DNA of 32,000 bases from Pyrodictium abyssi (GCF_036323395.1 NZ_AP028907.1:2160001-2192000); one strand, 5' to 3'. Positions 8,055 through 17,274 are shown, numbered from the stretch's first letter. A program made the numbers and translations. The notes: generated by a model from the letters alone, not told the origin.

Positions 8055-9209
8055 GTGATGCAGCAGAGTGGCAGGCGGGGGGAGGAGGGGGGCGGCGAGC
8101 CCCTGCTATCGGTGGTGGTGCCGACCTACAACGAGCGGGAGAACCTGCCCCGGCTACTGGAGGAGGTCGACCGGGTCCTAAGGAGCCGGGGGGTAAGCTA
8201 CGAGGTCGTGGTCGTGGACGATGATAGCCCGGACGGGACCTGGAGGGTCGCAGAGGAGCTGGCCCGGGAGCGGGGGCTCCCGGTCCGGGTGGTGAGGAGG
8301 CGGGGCGAGCGGGGCCTCGGCAGCGCGATCGCGCGGGGGCTCCGGGAGGCACGGGGCCGCTACATAGTGGTGATGGACGCTGACCTCCAGCACCCGCCGG
8401 AGGCTATCCCCAGGCTCCTCGAGGAGGCCAGGAGGAGCGGCGCGGACCTCGTGGTCGCGTCGCGCTACGCCCGGGGCGGCGGGGTGGAGGGCTGGAGCAA
8501 GACACGCCTCCTGGTCTCCCGTGTCGCGTGCCTCCTAGCCCACCTCGTGCTCCCCGAGGCCCGGGCGACCAGCGACCCAATGAGCGGCTTCTTCCTAGTA
8601 TCCCGGAGGCTCGCCGGGAGGGCCCCCAGGGAGCCGCGGAGCTGGAAGATACTCCTCGACCTCCTCGTCGCGGCCAGGGGTAGCGTCTCCGAGGTCCCCT
8701 ACGTGTTCCGCCGCCGCGCCGCTGGGGAGAGCAAGCTCGGGGCCAGGGAGATGCTGGACTACCTGCGGCACCTGCTCGTGCTATCCGGGTACCGGCCGGT
8801 CAAGTTCGCCCTCGTGGGCGCCTCGGGCACCCTGGTGAACCTCGCGGTGCTCCGGCTCATCCACGGAGGCCTTGGCGCGCCGCTCCCCCTCGCGTTCCTA
8901 GCCGCCTTCGAGGCCTCGCTGACCTGGAACTACCTGCTCCACGACGCCTGGACCTTCCGAGGCCAGCGGCCCCCGGGCCTAGCGAGCAAGCTACGGTACT
9001 GGCTCCGCTACCACGCAGCCGCCCTGGGCGGCCTCGCAGCATACATGGCGGTTGGCATGGCGCTAGCGTCTCTGGGAGTGGACTACCTGCTAGCAGGCCT
9101 AGCCGGGATAGTCGCCGGCTTCCTGGCCAACTACACGCTCTCGGTCTACAAGGTGTGGCACCGGCCACCCAGCGGGGACGACACGGGACGCGGGCGGCCA
9201 AAAGGCTAA
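8055..9209 (+). CDS. dolichol-phosphate mannose synthase (GT2 catalytic domain fused to a C-terminal 4-TM GtrA-like domain)
   Basis: 384 aa. GT2 motifs present: VVVPTYNERENL, VVVDDDSPDGT and MDADLQHPPE. The C-terminal part (KFALVGASGTLVNLAVL...YKVW) looks like a GtrA-type membrane domain, the same architecture as characterised archaeal DPMS. Confidence 0.9.
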   Translation: MMQQSGRRGEEGGGEPLLSVVVPTYNERENLPRLLEEVDRVLRSRGVSYEVVVVDDDSPDGTWRVAEELARERGLPVRVVRRRGERGLGSAIARGLREARGRYIVVMDADLQHPPEAIPRLLEEARRSGADLVVASRYARGGGVEGWSKTRLLVSRVACLLAHLVLPEARATSDPMSGFFLVSRRLAGRAPREPRSWKILLDLLVAARGSVSEVPYVFRRRAAGESKLGAREMLDYLRHLLVLSGYRPVKFALVGASGTLVNLAVLRLIHGGLGAPLPLAFLAAFEASLTWNYLLHDAWTFRGQRPPGLASKLRYWLRYHAAALGGLAAYMAVGMALASLGVDYLLAGLAGIVAGFLANYTLSVYKVWHRPPSGDDTGRGRPKG

Positions 9210-9255
9210 TGACGCTGGGCGCCCTCTGGCTTCCAGCTACCCAGGCGCGGCGGGC

Positions 9256-10239
9256 ATGGAGAGGCTGGCTCACAGTGTATACCGGGTAGAGGTGCCGCTC
9301 CCAATACCCAGCCTCCGGAGCGTAAACATCTACGTCCTAGCGGGCGGCGAGCCCTGGCTCGTGGACGCGGGGATCTACACGGCCGAGGCGGCGAGGCAGC
9401 TGCTCCGTGGGCTCCGCGAGGCGGGGGTAGGGCCCTGCGATCTAGCCGGGGTGGTTGTCACCCACTTCCACGTGGACCACATGACGCTGGCGCCGCTGCT
9501 AGCCGAGCTAGGCTCCCCAAGCTTCTACATGGGCCGTGGCGACCTCGCGTTGGTCGAGGCGGGGGTGGACGAGTTCATAGACCGGGTGCTGGAGCTCTAC
9601 ACGTGGAGCGGGATGCCCAGGGAGGAGGCGGAGAGGATACGCCAGTACCACCCTGTGGTCCGCATGCTGGAGGCCTATCGGCACGCAGCGGAGCTCGACT
9701 GGAGGCCCCTAGGCGAGGGAGACCTGCTCCGCGCTGGCGGCCTAGAGCTACGTGTAGCCGAGGCCCCGGGCCACACGCCCGGCCACATACTGCTCCAGGG
9801 AGACGGGCTCCTATTCACCGGCGACACGGTCCTCCCCGGCATAACCCCGCACGTGGTGCTCCACAGCCCCGAGGAGGACCCGCTCGGCAGCTACCTCGCT
9901 ACCCTGGAGCGTGTCGAGGCCATGGCCCCGGCGCTCGGACTCCCCGGCCACCGCGGTGTCGTAGGCGACCCAGCGGCCCGTGCCCGGGAGATACGCATGC
10001 ACCACGAGCAGCGTCTCCGCGAGCTCTACGAGCTGCTGAGGCGCCGGGGCCCGCTAACCGGCTACGATGCGGCCAGGCTGATGCGGTGGAGGACACGCTA
10101 CAGCAGCTGGGACGAGTACCCGCCGGCAGAGAGGTTCTTCGCCGTGGGCGAGGCGCTAGCCCACCTGAGGCACCTCGAGGCCCAGGGCCAGGCCGAGCGG
10201 GTGGAGCGCGGCGGCGTGCTAGCGTGGCGCGCCCTATAG
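9256..10239 (+). CDS. MBL-fold metallo-hydrolase
   Basis: 327 aa with the HxHxDH motif (VVTHFHVDHM), a later GHTPGH and a C-terminal winged-helix-like tail. Its TAG stop overlaps the convergent gene's stop in the palindrome CTATAG. Confidence 0.85.
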   Translation: MERLAHSVYRVEVPLPIPSLRSVNIYVLAGGEPWLVDAGIYTAEAARQLLRGLREAGVGPCDLAGVVVTHFHVDHMTLAPLLAELGSPSFYMGRGDLALVEAGVDEFIDRVLELYTWSGMPREEAERIRQYHPVVRMLEAYRHAAELDWRPLGEGDLLRAGGLELRVAEAPGHTPGHILLQGDGLLFTGDTVLPGITPHVVLHSPEEDPLGSYLATLERVEAMAPALGLPGHRGVVGDPAARAREIRMHHEQRLRELYELLRRRGPLTGYDAARLMRWRTRYSSWDEYPPAERFFAVGEALAHLRHLEAQGQAERVERGGVLAWRAL

Positions 10240-10824
10240 CCCGTCGAAGCCGCCGTCGAACTCCATGTCGGCGTCGCCTAGGTCCAGACTCACGTCGTCT
10301 AGGCCGCTGTCTAGCTCGCCGCCGTCCAGGTCCCCACCGTCCCCGGCGTCTACAGCGTCCTCGCCCGGCTCCCCGTCCCAGCCGACGGTCCAGGCGAGGT
10401 CGTCCGCCAGCGCCAGCCCAGTCAGCACACTAAGCAGCATCATAGCCTCCATGGCCGTGAGCAGCCCCAGCATCGGGAGCAGCGGCGCAGCCAGGAGGAG
10501 CTCCCGGGGGCCCCAGCTCCAGTCCTCTGGCAGCCGCTGCTCCTGGAGCAGCTTCTTAGCAGCGACTGCTGCGTGCTCCATCAGCCTCATAGCCTCAGGC
10601 ACAGCGTCTAGCCCCTGGCGGGTGAGCCGCAGCCTCCGCCGCTTCAGTATCAGGCCGCTCCGGTACTCCTCCAGGAGCCCAGCAGCCTTCAGCTCCTCGA
10701 CTATCCTCTCTACCACCTCCCTGGAGACCCGGAGGGCCTTGGCCAACCCCTCTACAGTGTCTATGCCCCGGTGTACCGCTAGGAGCACAGCAGCCTGGCT
10801 AGGCGTAAGACCCTCAGGCGCCAT
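10234..10824 (-). CDS. membrane-anchored MarR/wHTH-type regulator with poly-acidic C-terminal tail
   Basis: 196 aa. The N-terminal wHTH reads LTPSQAAVLLAVHRGIDTVEGLAKALRVSREVVERIVEELKAAGLLE. One or two hydrophobic segments follow (LLLAAPLLPMLGLLTAMEAMMLLSVLTGLAL). The roughly 55-aa tail is rich in D/G/E (DGEPGEDAVDAGDGGDLDGGELDSGLDDVSLDLGDADMEFDGGFDGL). Confidence 0.7.
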   Translation of the reverse strand: MAPEGLTPSQAAVLLAVHRGIDTVEGLAKALRVSREVVERIVEELKAAGLLEEYRSGLILKRRRLRLTRQGLDAVPEAMRLMEHAAVAAKKLLQEQRLPEDWSWGPRELLLAAPLLPMLGLLTAMEAMMLLSVLTGLALADDLAWTVGWDGEPGEDAVDAGDGGDLDGGELDSGLDDVSLDLGDADMEFDGGFDGL

Positions 10825-11081
10825 CCCGCTACCACCTATCTGCGTTCTAACTTATGGTGTATCGGAAACATGGAGGCGAAATAATGTTACTACCTAGCTG
10901 TGCCCTAGCCACACTTGAGAATCATGATAGGCGATAACGAGCTTGCTGGCAGGACCTAAACAACAGCCATGGAGAGTTCTAGGCGGGTTACCGGGGCTGG
11001 AGCTACCGTGGAGGCTAGGTGCTGTAGGCGCTGCTTCTAGGTCTCTACCACCGTGATGGAGGATGGCTTTTACCCCCTGGG

Positions 11082-11100
11082 TGTATACGCTCTGTATACG
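11082..11100 (+). promoter_or_regulatory. direct repeat of TGTATACG (each containing the palindrome GTATAC) at the predicted vapB start site; putative operator
   Basis: TGTATACG occurs at 11082-11089 and 11093-11100, 11 nt apart. The second copy ends 11 nt before the GTG start at 11112. The same octamer followed by GGG lies 12 nt upstream of the paralogous vapB start (plus-strand 31297-31304). Confidence 0.45.
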
Positions 11101-11111
11101 GGGGCAGCGTT

Positions 11112-11339
11112 GTGAGCGTAGTAATTAGTGTACGGGTGCCTCGCTGGGTCAAAGAGAAGCTCGAAGAGCATGGAGTGAATATACCGGAGCTTGTTCGTCA
11201 GAAGCTCATAGAGGAGGCTAGGAGGCTTGAGGAGGAAAGCCTCGATAAAGAGCTAGAGGAGGTCGGCCGCATACTAGCCGAGAAGCTTGACCTCAGCGAG
11301 GTAGTGAGGCTGGTCAAGGAGGACCGCTTGGGCCGGTGA
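11112..11339 (+). CDS. vapB: VapB-family antitoxin (ribbon-helix-helix-like N-terminus)
   Basis: 75 aa with a GTG start. SVVISVRVPRWVKEKLEEHGVNIPELVRQKLIEE is a paralog of the antitoxin at 31060-31284 (STVISIRVPRRLREELERLGIDYAEEVRRFLERR). A PIN gene follows 10 nt downstream. Confidence 0.65.
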   Translation: MSVVISVRVPRWVKEKLEEHGVNIPELVRQKLIEEARRLEEESLDKELEEVGRILAEKLDLSEVVRLVKEDRLGR

Positions 11340-11349
11340 CAGCGCCGCC

Positions 11350-11790
11350 ATGTACGTGGTGGATACTAGCGTATACGTCCCATTGATAGGTCTTCTCCGA
11401 GGCCGTCTAAGGAGGGTAATGAGTAGGCATAGGTTCCACATACTTGACCTCACGCTGTACGAGGCGTGCAACGTGTTCTGGAAGGAGTGCGCTAAGCTAC
11501 ACAGCATAGACGCTGAGACAGCTAAGCGTGGCTGCCGGCTAGCAGTAACCCTAGCCGCGAAATACGCCATCCTGCATGGGCTGGAGGAGCTAAACCCCTC
11601 CAAGGTGGTCACGATAGCGATAGAAGAGGGTATCACAGTGTACGACGCGTCGTATATAGCTCTAGCCAAGCAGCTAGGTGCGCCAATAGCTAGTAACGAC
11701 CGGGACATATTAGAGGCGGCGCCGAGGCAGAACGTCAGAGCGTATAGCCTTGAAGAGCTCTTAGAAGCCATAGGTGAGCAGCAAGCCTAA
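11350..11790 (+). CDS. vapC: PIN-domain toxin VapC
   Basis: 146 aa. It has MYVVDTSVYV (N-terminal Asp), GITVYDASYIALAKQLGAPIASNDRDI (conserved D and S/T.D) and shares the G(I/V)TVYDA.YI.LA..LG block with the VapC at 30623-31063. Confidence 0.8.
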   Translation: MYVVDTSVYVPLIGLLRGRLRRVMSRHRFHILDLTLYEACNVFWKECAKLHSIDAETAKRGCRLAVTLAAKYAILHGLEELNPSKVVTIAIEEGITVYDASYIALAKQLGAPIASNDRDILEAAPRQNVRAYSLEELLEAIGEQQA

Positions 11791-11820
11791 ACCAGGATTC
11801 TAATGCCATCGTGGCTGTGG

Positions 11821-13842
11821 CTACTCTGCCCCGGTCCTTTCCGGACCCGGTGCCGCGTCTCTGGGCGCTCGCGTGGCCGGTGCTTCTTGCTTGAGCTTCT
11901 CGGCTAGGTAGTCGAGGATTACCCGGTACCTCTTCATCCTGTGCCTCGGCTTGGCCCGGATGCTGTGACCGTGGCTGCCCTTGGTGAATACTACTAGCCG
12001 GCTCTCCTTGCCGTGGAGGCGCAGGGCTACGTGGAAGGCTACGGCCTGGTCTATGAAGCAGCGGTAGTCCTCCATGCTGTGGATTATCAGTACCGGGGTC
12101 TCTACGCGGTCTACGTAGTTGATGGGGCTGGCGCGCTCGTAGTTCTCTGGTGAGTCCCAGGGTGTGCCGCATATCTGGTCGGGGTCGAACCAGTAGCCGA
12201 TATCGCTGGTGCTGAAGTCTGCTCTCCAGTCGCTTATCCCGTTCTCGCTCACGGCTGCCCTGAACCGGCTGGTCTGGGTTATTATCCAGTTGGTCATGTA
12301 GCCGCCGTAGCTTATACCGGTGACGGCAATCCTCTCTGGGTCGGCGTCCTCTACGCTCTCTAGGAACGCGTCTAGGAACTCCATTATGTCCTGGTAGTCG
12401 CGGGTGCCGTACCGGCACCTTATGTCTGCGTACTCCTCGCTGTAGCCGTCGCTGCCCCGGGGGTTACAGTAGACCACGTAGTAGCCCTTGGCGGCTACGA
12501 GCTGGTGCATGAAGTTGAAGGCTGCGCCGTAGCACGCCTTGGGGCCGCCGTGGATGAAGAGTACTACGGGGTACCGCTTCCCCGGCTCGCGGCGGGCCGG
12601 CGGGATGTACCAGCCCTCGACGGTCTCGCCATCGCTCGCCCTGGCCTTCATGTTGGCGGGCTTCTGTAGCTCGACCTCCCCGAGTAGCCAGTCGTTGAAC
12701 CTTGTCAGCCTCCTCGGCCTGCCCCGGCCGGGCTCGAGGACCCATACCTCGCCGGGCTCGGTGTAGCTGGTCCGGGCGTAGGCCACGGTGCCGCCGTCGC
12801 GCGAGGCGGTGAAGGAGTACACCACTTGCTCGCCGCCTGTGAGCCTCTCGATGCTGCTGGTGCCCGGGTCAGCCCGGTGGATGTTGACCCGGCCGCCCTC
12901 GTTGAGGAGGAACAGTATGCCGCTACCCGTCCAGACCGGGTGGGTGTTCCCCCGCGGCCACGCCGTGTCGCTGGAGACGTAGGGCGCGGTGCTCCTGTCA
13001 AGGCTGCAGGTGAGGCACCGGGGCTCGCCGCTTAGGCTGAGCAGCCAGACGTGGTCGTGGCTCGCGAGGCCCCGTGGCAGCGCGTGGCCGTGGAGGACGA
13101 GCGCGTCTCCCCGGGGGCTCCACTCGACGGCGCTGAAGCTGTAGCTGCCGTTCAGCAGGGTCTCGGTCTCCCCGGTCTCCGGGTCGACTAGCACCACCTC
13201 TGTAACGTGGGGGCGTAGCTGGTCCCTCGACACCAGCGCGGCTATCCTCTTCCCGTCGGGGCTCGGCGACGCGTAGACCACGTTATAGTCTCCGCTGGTC
13301 AGCCTCATGTGTAGCCCGGACTCGTAGTCCACTAGGAGTATGTGGCTCCGGTACTCCTCGGCGAAGCCGGCGCCGTCGAACCAGACTGGTAGGCCGTGTA
13401 TATCCACGTAGTCCCCGTCCTCGTCTACGCGGCGGGCCGGGGTCGGCGCTACGGCGAGGACGGTGCTGGAGTCGGGCATCCACCGTGCCTGGGTGAAGCC
13501 GAGTCGGCTGTGGTACACGCGGCGGGGCTCGCCGCCAAGGTGGTAGACGTAGAGCGCCTCGCCCTTCTCCTCGCCTGCTAGGCCCCGGCGGCTCGTGAAT
13601 AGGAGCTTCCCGCCGTCGGGGCTCCACTGGGGCCGGGAGTCGCCCTCGCCCTGCAGCACGGCCAGCGTCTTGCCGGAGGGCAGCTCGTAGACCCATATCT
13701 CGTTCCGGTACGTGTTCTTCTCGAGGTCGGGCCTCACAGCGACGAGGGCTACTCGGCCCCCGTCGGGCGAGACCTGGGGGTCGCCGACGTGGATGAGGCG
13801 GGAGAAGTCCTCCAGGTCTAGGAGCCGCTTGACTGGGGCCAC
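11821..13842 (-). CDS. S9 family serine peptidase (prolyl oligopeptidase / acylaminoacyl-peptidase type)
   Basis: 673 aa with a GTG start. The N-terminal beta-propeller-like repeats have recurrent SPDG motifs ([26 protein letters not shown]). The C-terminal alpha/beta hydrolase domain has the nucleophile GISYGGYM and GSHGH. Confidence 0.9.
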   Translation of the reverse strand: MAPVKRLLDLEDFSRLIHVGDPQVSPDGGRVALVAVRPDLEKNTYRNEIWVYELPSGKTLAVLQGEGDSRPQWSPDGGKLLFTSRRGLAGEEKGEALYVYHLGGEPRRVYHSRLGFTQARWMPDSSTVLAVAPTPARRVDEDGDYVDIHGLPVWFDGAGFAEEYRSHILLVDYESGLHMRLTSGDYNVVYASPSPDGKRIAALVSRDQLRPHVTEVVLVDPETGETETLLNGSYSFSAVEWSPRGDALVLHGHALPRGLASHDHVWLLSLSGEPRCLTCSLDRSTAPYVSSDTAWPRGNTHPVWTGSGILFLLNEGGRVNIHRADPGTSSIERLTGGEQVVYSFTASRDGGTVAYARTSYTEPGEVWVLEPGRGRPRRLTRFNDWLLGEVELQKPANMKARASDGETVEGWYIPPARREPGKRYPVVLFIHGGPKACYGAAFNFMHQLVAAKGYYVVYCNPRGSDGYSEEYADIRCRYGTRDYQDIMEFLDAFLESVEDADPERIAVTGISYGGYMTNWIITQTSRFRAAVSENGISDWRADFSTSDIGYWFDPDQICGTPWDSPENYERASPINYVDRVETPVLIIHSMEDYRCFIDQAVAFHVALRLHGKESRLVVFTKGSHGHSIRAKPRHRMKRYRVILDYLAEKLKQEAPATRAPRDAAPGPERTGAE

Positions 13843-13991
13843 TCAGCGTCCCCGCCGTGGCCTGCACCCCTCCGGCTGTAATACAGTGGATGCACGTCTA
13901 CCGTCGAAAAGTGTATTCGACTGTTGCTGGAGGGGAAGGGCTCTTCTACCAGCCCGGGCCCGAGGAAGCGATTCCATATGGCGGCGACGTT

Positions 13992-15041
13992 ATGGCGCGA
14001 GGCAGCGGTATAGCCGGGTGGGGCGCCTACATACCACGCTACCGGGTCAAGGCGTCCGAGATAGCGCGGGTATGGGGCTGGGAGCCGAGCGTCCCACGGG
14101 GCCTCGGCGTCGAGGAGAAGGCTGTCGCGGGCCCCGACGAGGACTCGGTAACGATAGGCGTAGAGGCGGCCCGTAACGCGATCCGCCGCGCCGGCGTAGA
14201 CCCGGCGAGGATCAAGGCGGTCTTCTTCGGCACCGAGTCCAAGCCCTACGCGGTCAAGCCCTCCGCGACGATAGTAGCTGAGGCTCTCGGCATAACCCCG
14301 GAGACCATGGCCTCCGACCTGGAGTTCGCATGCCGCGCAGCTAGCGAGGGGATGAGGGCAGGCTTCGCCCTCATAGAGGCCGGGTACATGGAGTACGCGC
14401 TGGTGATAGGCGCTGACACGGCGCAGGCGAACCCCGGCGACGTCCTGGAGTTTACCGCTGCTAGCGGCGGCGCAGCCTTCGTCCTAGGCCCTGCGGGCGA
14501 CAGCGTCGCGGTCCTCGAGGGCGTGTACACCTACGCTACGGATACGCCGGACTTCTGGCGCGGCGCTCACAGCCCCTACCCGCTCCACGGCGAGGGCTTC
14601 ACCGGCGAGCCGGCCTACTTCCACCACATAGAGAACGCGGTCAAGGGGCTAATGGAGTCCCTGGGGCTCCGCCCCGGGGACTTCGACTACGCGGTCTTCC
14701 ACCAGCCTAACGGCAAGTTCCCGCTCCGCGTAGGCCGCAAGCTAGGCTTCCCCAAGGAGAAAATACTGCCGGGCCTAGTCACGCCAATGGTCGGCAACAC
14801 GTACAATGGGAGCGCGCTCCTCGGCCTAGCCCGTGTCCTCGACCAGGCCAAGCCCGGGCAGAGGATACTCGTAGCTCCCTTCGGCAGCGGCGCGGGCAGC
14901 GACGCCTACAGCTTCGTCGTGACCGATAGGATGGAGGAGCGCAGGGACAGAGCCCCCAAGGTGGACGACTACATCAGAGCGAAGCGCTACATCGACTACG
15001 CCGTCTACGCGAAGATGAGGAGCCTCTACGTACGCATATAG
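13992..15041 (+). CDS. hydroxymethylglutaryl-CoA synthase (archaeal type)
   Basis: The ORF-track entry 13857..15041 was trimmed to the ATG at 13992 ([19 protein letters not shown]...), giving the roughly 349 aa usual for archaeal HMGCS. It has a thiolase-fold condensing-enzyme pattern (EFACRAAS active-site Cys context, HQPNGKF, GNTYNGS). It is the first gene of the HMGCS-thiolase-DUF35 set. Confidence 0.9.
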   Translation: MARGSGIAGWGAYIPRYRVKASEIARVWGWEPSVPRGLGVEEKAVAGPDEDSVTIGVEAARNAIRRAGVDPARIKAVFFGTESKPYAVKPSATIVAEALGITPETMASDLEFACRAASEGMRAGFALIEAGYMEYALVIGADTAQANPGDVLEFTAASGGAAFVLGPAGDSVAVLEGVYTYATDTPDFWRGAHSPYPLHGEGFTGEPAYFHHIENAVKGLMESLGLRPGDFDYAVFHQPNGKFPLRVGRKLGFPKEKILPGLVTPMVGNTYNGSALLGLARVLDQAKPGQRILVAPFGSGAGSDAYSFVVTDRMEERRDRAPKVDDYIRAKRYIDYAVYAKMRSLYVRI

Positions 15042-15064
15042 CCCCTGCTGGGAGGTGGACCCGC

Positions 15065-16219
15065 GTGACCCGCGTATACATAGCAGGCGTCGGCATGGTG
15101 CCTATCGGCCGCCACTACGGCAAGGGCCTCCTAGACCTCGCAGCCGAGGCGGCGTTCCGGGCGCTAGACGAGGCCGGAGTAGAGCCCGACATGGTCGTGG
15201 TAACCAACATGCTAGCCAGCAAGCTCCAGGAGCAGGACAACCTAGGCGCCTACATAGCCTCGGGCATCGGGCTCCGCGGCAAACCAGCACTCCGTGTCGA
15301 AGCGGCCTGCGGCAGTGGCGGCGCCGGAGTCTACACGGCCTACAGCATGGTGCGCTCAGGGCTCGCCCGTAGCGTCCTCGTCGTGGGCGTCGAGAAGATG
15401 ACAGACTACCCGACCTCCACGGTGACCTCGGCCCTAGCACAGGCAGCGGACGCGGAGTACGAGCTGTTCTACGGCGCGAGCTTCACAGGGCTTAACGCGC
15501 TCATGATGCGCTACTACATGGAGCGCTACGGCGTCGACAGGGACACGATGAGCGAGTGGCCGGTGATGATGCACGAGAACGCCCTCAGCAACCCCTACGC
15601 GCAGATCCGCCGCCGTATAACCCGCGAGGACGTGGCCCGGAGCCAGGTGGTCGCGGACCCGATAAGGCTGCTCGATAGCAGCCCCATAGGCGACGGCGCA
15701 GCCGCCGTGGTGCTCGTCTCCGAGGAGGTGGCAGCTAGGCTCCCCGAGAAGCCGAGCGTCTACATAGCCGGCGCCGGCATGGCCACAGACACGGTGGAGC
15801 TGTCGAACCGCGAGGCCCTAGACCGTATACCAGCGGCGAAGACGGCGGCTGAGCAGGCCTACCGGATGGCCGGAGTAGACCCCGGCAACATAGACGTAGC
15901 AGAGATACACGACGCATTCACGATAAACGCTGTGCTCCTCATAGAGGAGCTCGGATTCGCCCCCCACGGTGAGGCGGCGCGGCTACTAGCAGAAGGCAGG
16001 TTCCACCCAGGTGACCGGCCGACGCTCAACCCTAGCGGCGGCTTGAAGGCCCGCGGCCACCCCGTCGGGACCACCGGCGTCTACCAGGTAGCCGAGGTAG
16101 CGATGCAGCTACGCGGCGACTTCCCGGGCGTACGGGTAGAGGGCGCTGAGACCGGTCTAGCGGTCAACATGGGCGGCGACGGCTCCACACTCATAGCCCA
16201 TGTCCTACGCCGCGTGTAA
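15065..16219 (+). CDS. acetyl-CoA acetyltransferase (archaeal thiolase)
   Basis: 384 aa with a GTG start preceded by GGGAGGTGG. It has the nucleophile context VEAACGSGGAG and the C-terminal GHPVGTTG motif, followed by NMGGDGS. Confidence 0.9.
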   Translation: MTRVYIAGVGMVPIGRHYGKGLLDLAAEAAFRALDEAGVEPDMVVVTNMLASKLQEQDNLGAYIASGIGLRGKPALRVEAACGSGGAGVYTAYSMVRSGLARSVLVVGVEKMTDYPTSTVTSALAQAADAEYELFYGASFTGLNALMMRYYMERYGVDRDTMSEWPVMMHENALSNPYAQIRRRITREDVARSQVVADPIRLLDSSPIGDGAAAVVLVSEEVAARLPEKPSVYIAGAGMATDTVELSNREALDRIPAAKTAAEQAYRMAGVDPGNIDVAEIHDAFTINAVLLIEELGFAPHGEAARLLAEGRFHPGDRPTLNPSGGLKARGHPVGTTGVYQVAEVAMQLRGDFPGVRVEGAETGLAVNMGGDGSTLIAHVLRRV

Positions 16220-16243
16220 AACAGCGCGGGAGGTGTGCACGTG

Positions 16244-16687
16244 ATGGCTCTCCGCATGTCCCCGGTACGCGTCTGGAGGGACCGTGTCCCCCGCTACCGG
16301 CTAGTAGGCAGGGAGTGCAAGCAGTGCGGGCGCCGCCACTACCCGCCGCGCCCAGCCTGCCCCTACTGTGGCTCCAGGGAGCTAGAGGAGGTCGAGCTGC
16401 CACGGACGGGCATAGTGGAGACGTACACCGTGATATACACGGTGATGGACGGGTTCCGCGACAAGGCGCCCCTCACCATAGCGGTCGTGAGGCTCGACGA
16501 CGGCACCCGGGTCCTCGCACCGATAACCGACGCAGAGCCCAGCGAGGTCAAGACCGGGATGAGGGTAGAGGCGGTGCTCCGCCGCATAAGGCGCGACGGC
16601 GAGCACGGCGTGATAGCCTACGGCACAGCGTTCCGCCCAGCACTCTTCTCCAGCGAAGAGGCCGATGACGAGCAAAAACCCAGCTAG
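16244..16687 (+). CDS. DUF35 OB-fold/zinc-ribbon protein (thiolase-HMGCS scaffold subunit)
   Basis: It has the zinc ribbon CKQCGRRHYPPRPACPYCGS followed by an OB-fold-like segment. The ATG at 16244 is preceded by GGAGGTG; the ORF track starts at the GTG at 16235. It is the third gene after HMGCS and thiolase, matching the known archaeal three-protein complex. Confidence 0.9.
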   Translation: MALRMSPVRVWRDRVPRYRLVGRECKQCGRRHYPPRPACPYCGSRELEEVELPRTGIVETYTVIYTVMDGFRDKAPLTIAVVRLDDGTRVLAPITDAEPSEVKTGMRVEAVLRRIRRDGEHGVIAYGTAFRPALFSSEEADDEQKPS

Positions 16688-16827
16688 AAGTCTATGACCC
16701 TACGTCATTATGCCTTGTAGTACTATCTTTTCCTTGCTTTCACCATGATGGGGCGGTAGAGGCTCCTAGAGGGCTCTAGCTTATATCACGTCTTCCCGCT
16801 AGATAGAGAACCCTCTGGGGGCTGTTT

Positions 16828-16986
16828 GTGGTAGAATCGGCCGTAGGCGCGGTGGTTAGCCAGCTCTCCAAGAAGATTCTAGAAAAACTGGAGAAGGGCA
16901 AGAAGCTCTCCGTCGAGGACATACTCTTGCTCTATCTCGACCTCCAGTATAAGGAGCTGAAAGAGCTACACAGCAAGTTAGACTAG
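16828..16986 (+). CDS. small ORF (52 aa) in frame with, and separated by a single TAG from, the downstream coiled-coil ORF
   Basis: Too short for the ORF track. Own translation from the GTG at 16828: VVESAVGAVVSQLSKKILEKLEKGKKLSVEDILLLYLDLQYKELKELHSKLD, then TAG at 16984-16986. It is in the same frame as 16987 (both coordinates are 1 mod 3). TATA-like CTTATAT lies about 45 nt upstream. Confidence 0.4.
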   Translation: MVESAVGAVVSQLSKKILEKLEKGKKLSVEDILLLYLDLQYKELKELHSKLD

Positions 16987-17274
16987 GTGTATAGGGATCT
17001 CACAGGGCGCATGAACTCTGTTGAAGGCAAACTCTCCCAGGAAATCGGCGAGACAAATAGGAGGATAGACGCTGCGAATACCGAGTTGTCAAAGAAAATA
17101 GATGAGACCAATAAGAGAATAGACAGCATACACCTGGATCTCTCAAAGAAGGTGGATGAAACGAACAAGAGAATAGACAATATACACCTGGAGCTGTCAA
17201 AGAAGATCGATGAGACAAACAAAAGGATTAATAAGCTATACGAGCTGCTAGCGGAGATGCTAAGACAGCGTTAG
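16987..17274 (+). CDS. coiled-coil repeat protein (18-aa tandem repeats LSKKIDETNKRIDxIHLx)
   Basis: 95 aa. Its GTG start immediately follows the TAG of the upstream ORF. Composition is highly charged with a heptad-like pattern, and local GC is visibly lower than in the flanking genes. Confidence 0.6.
   Translation: MYRDLTGRMNSVEGKLSQEIGETNRRIDAANTELSKKIDETNKRIDSIHLDLSKKVDETNKRIDNIHLELSKKIDETNKRINKLYELLAEMLRQR
17032..17247 (+). repeat. four tandem 54-nt (18-codon) repeats inside the coiled-coil ORF
   Basis: The units are 17032-17085 (LSQEIGETNRRIDAANTE), 17086-17139 (LSKKIDETNKRIDSIHLD), 17140-17193 (LSKKVDETNKRIDNIHLE) and 17194-17247 (LSKKIDETNKRINKLYEL). Confidence 0.9.

Noticed and set aside
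11054-11060. Additional near-C-box heptamers in intergenic regions: GUGAUGG at 11054, AUGAUGG at 16745 and AUGAUGC on the minus strand near 27285.
   Set aside because: No CUGA D box lies at a suitable distance and there is no terminal stem. These are most likely chance matches.
13857-13991. N-terminal extensions offered by the ORF track: 13857 for HMGCS, 21171 for MATE, 25791 for the 200-aa protein, 20487 for VapC, 2111 for the small ORF and 31347 for VapB.
   Set aside because: The extensions are low-complexity, overlap divergent genes or promoters, and make the products longer than their family norms. Internal starts give canonical N-termini.
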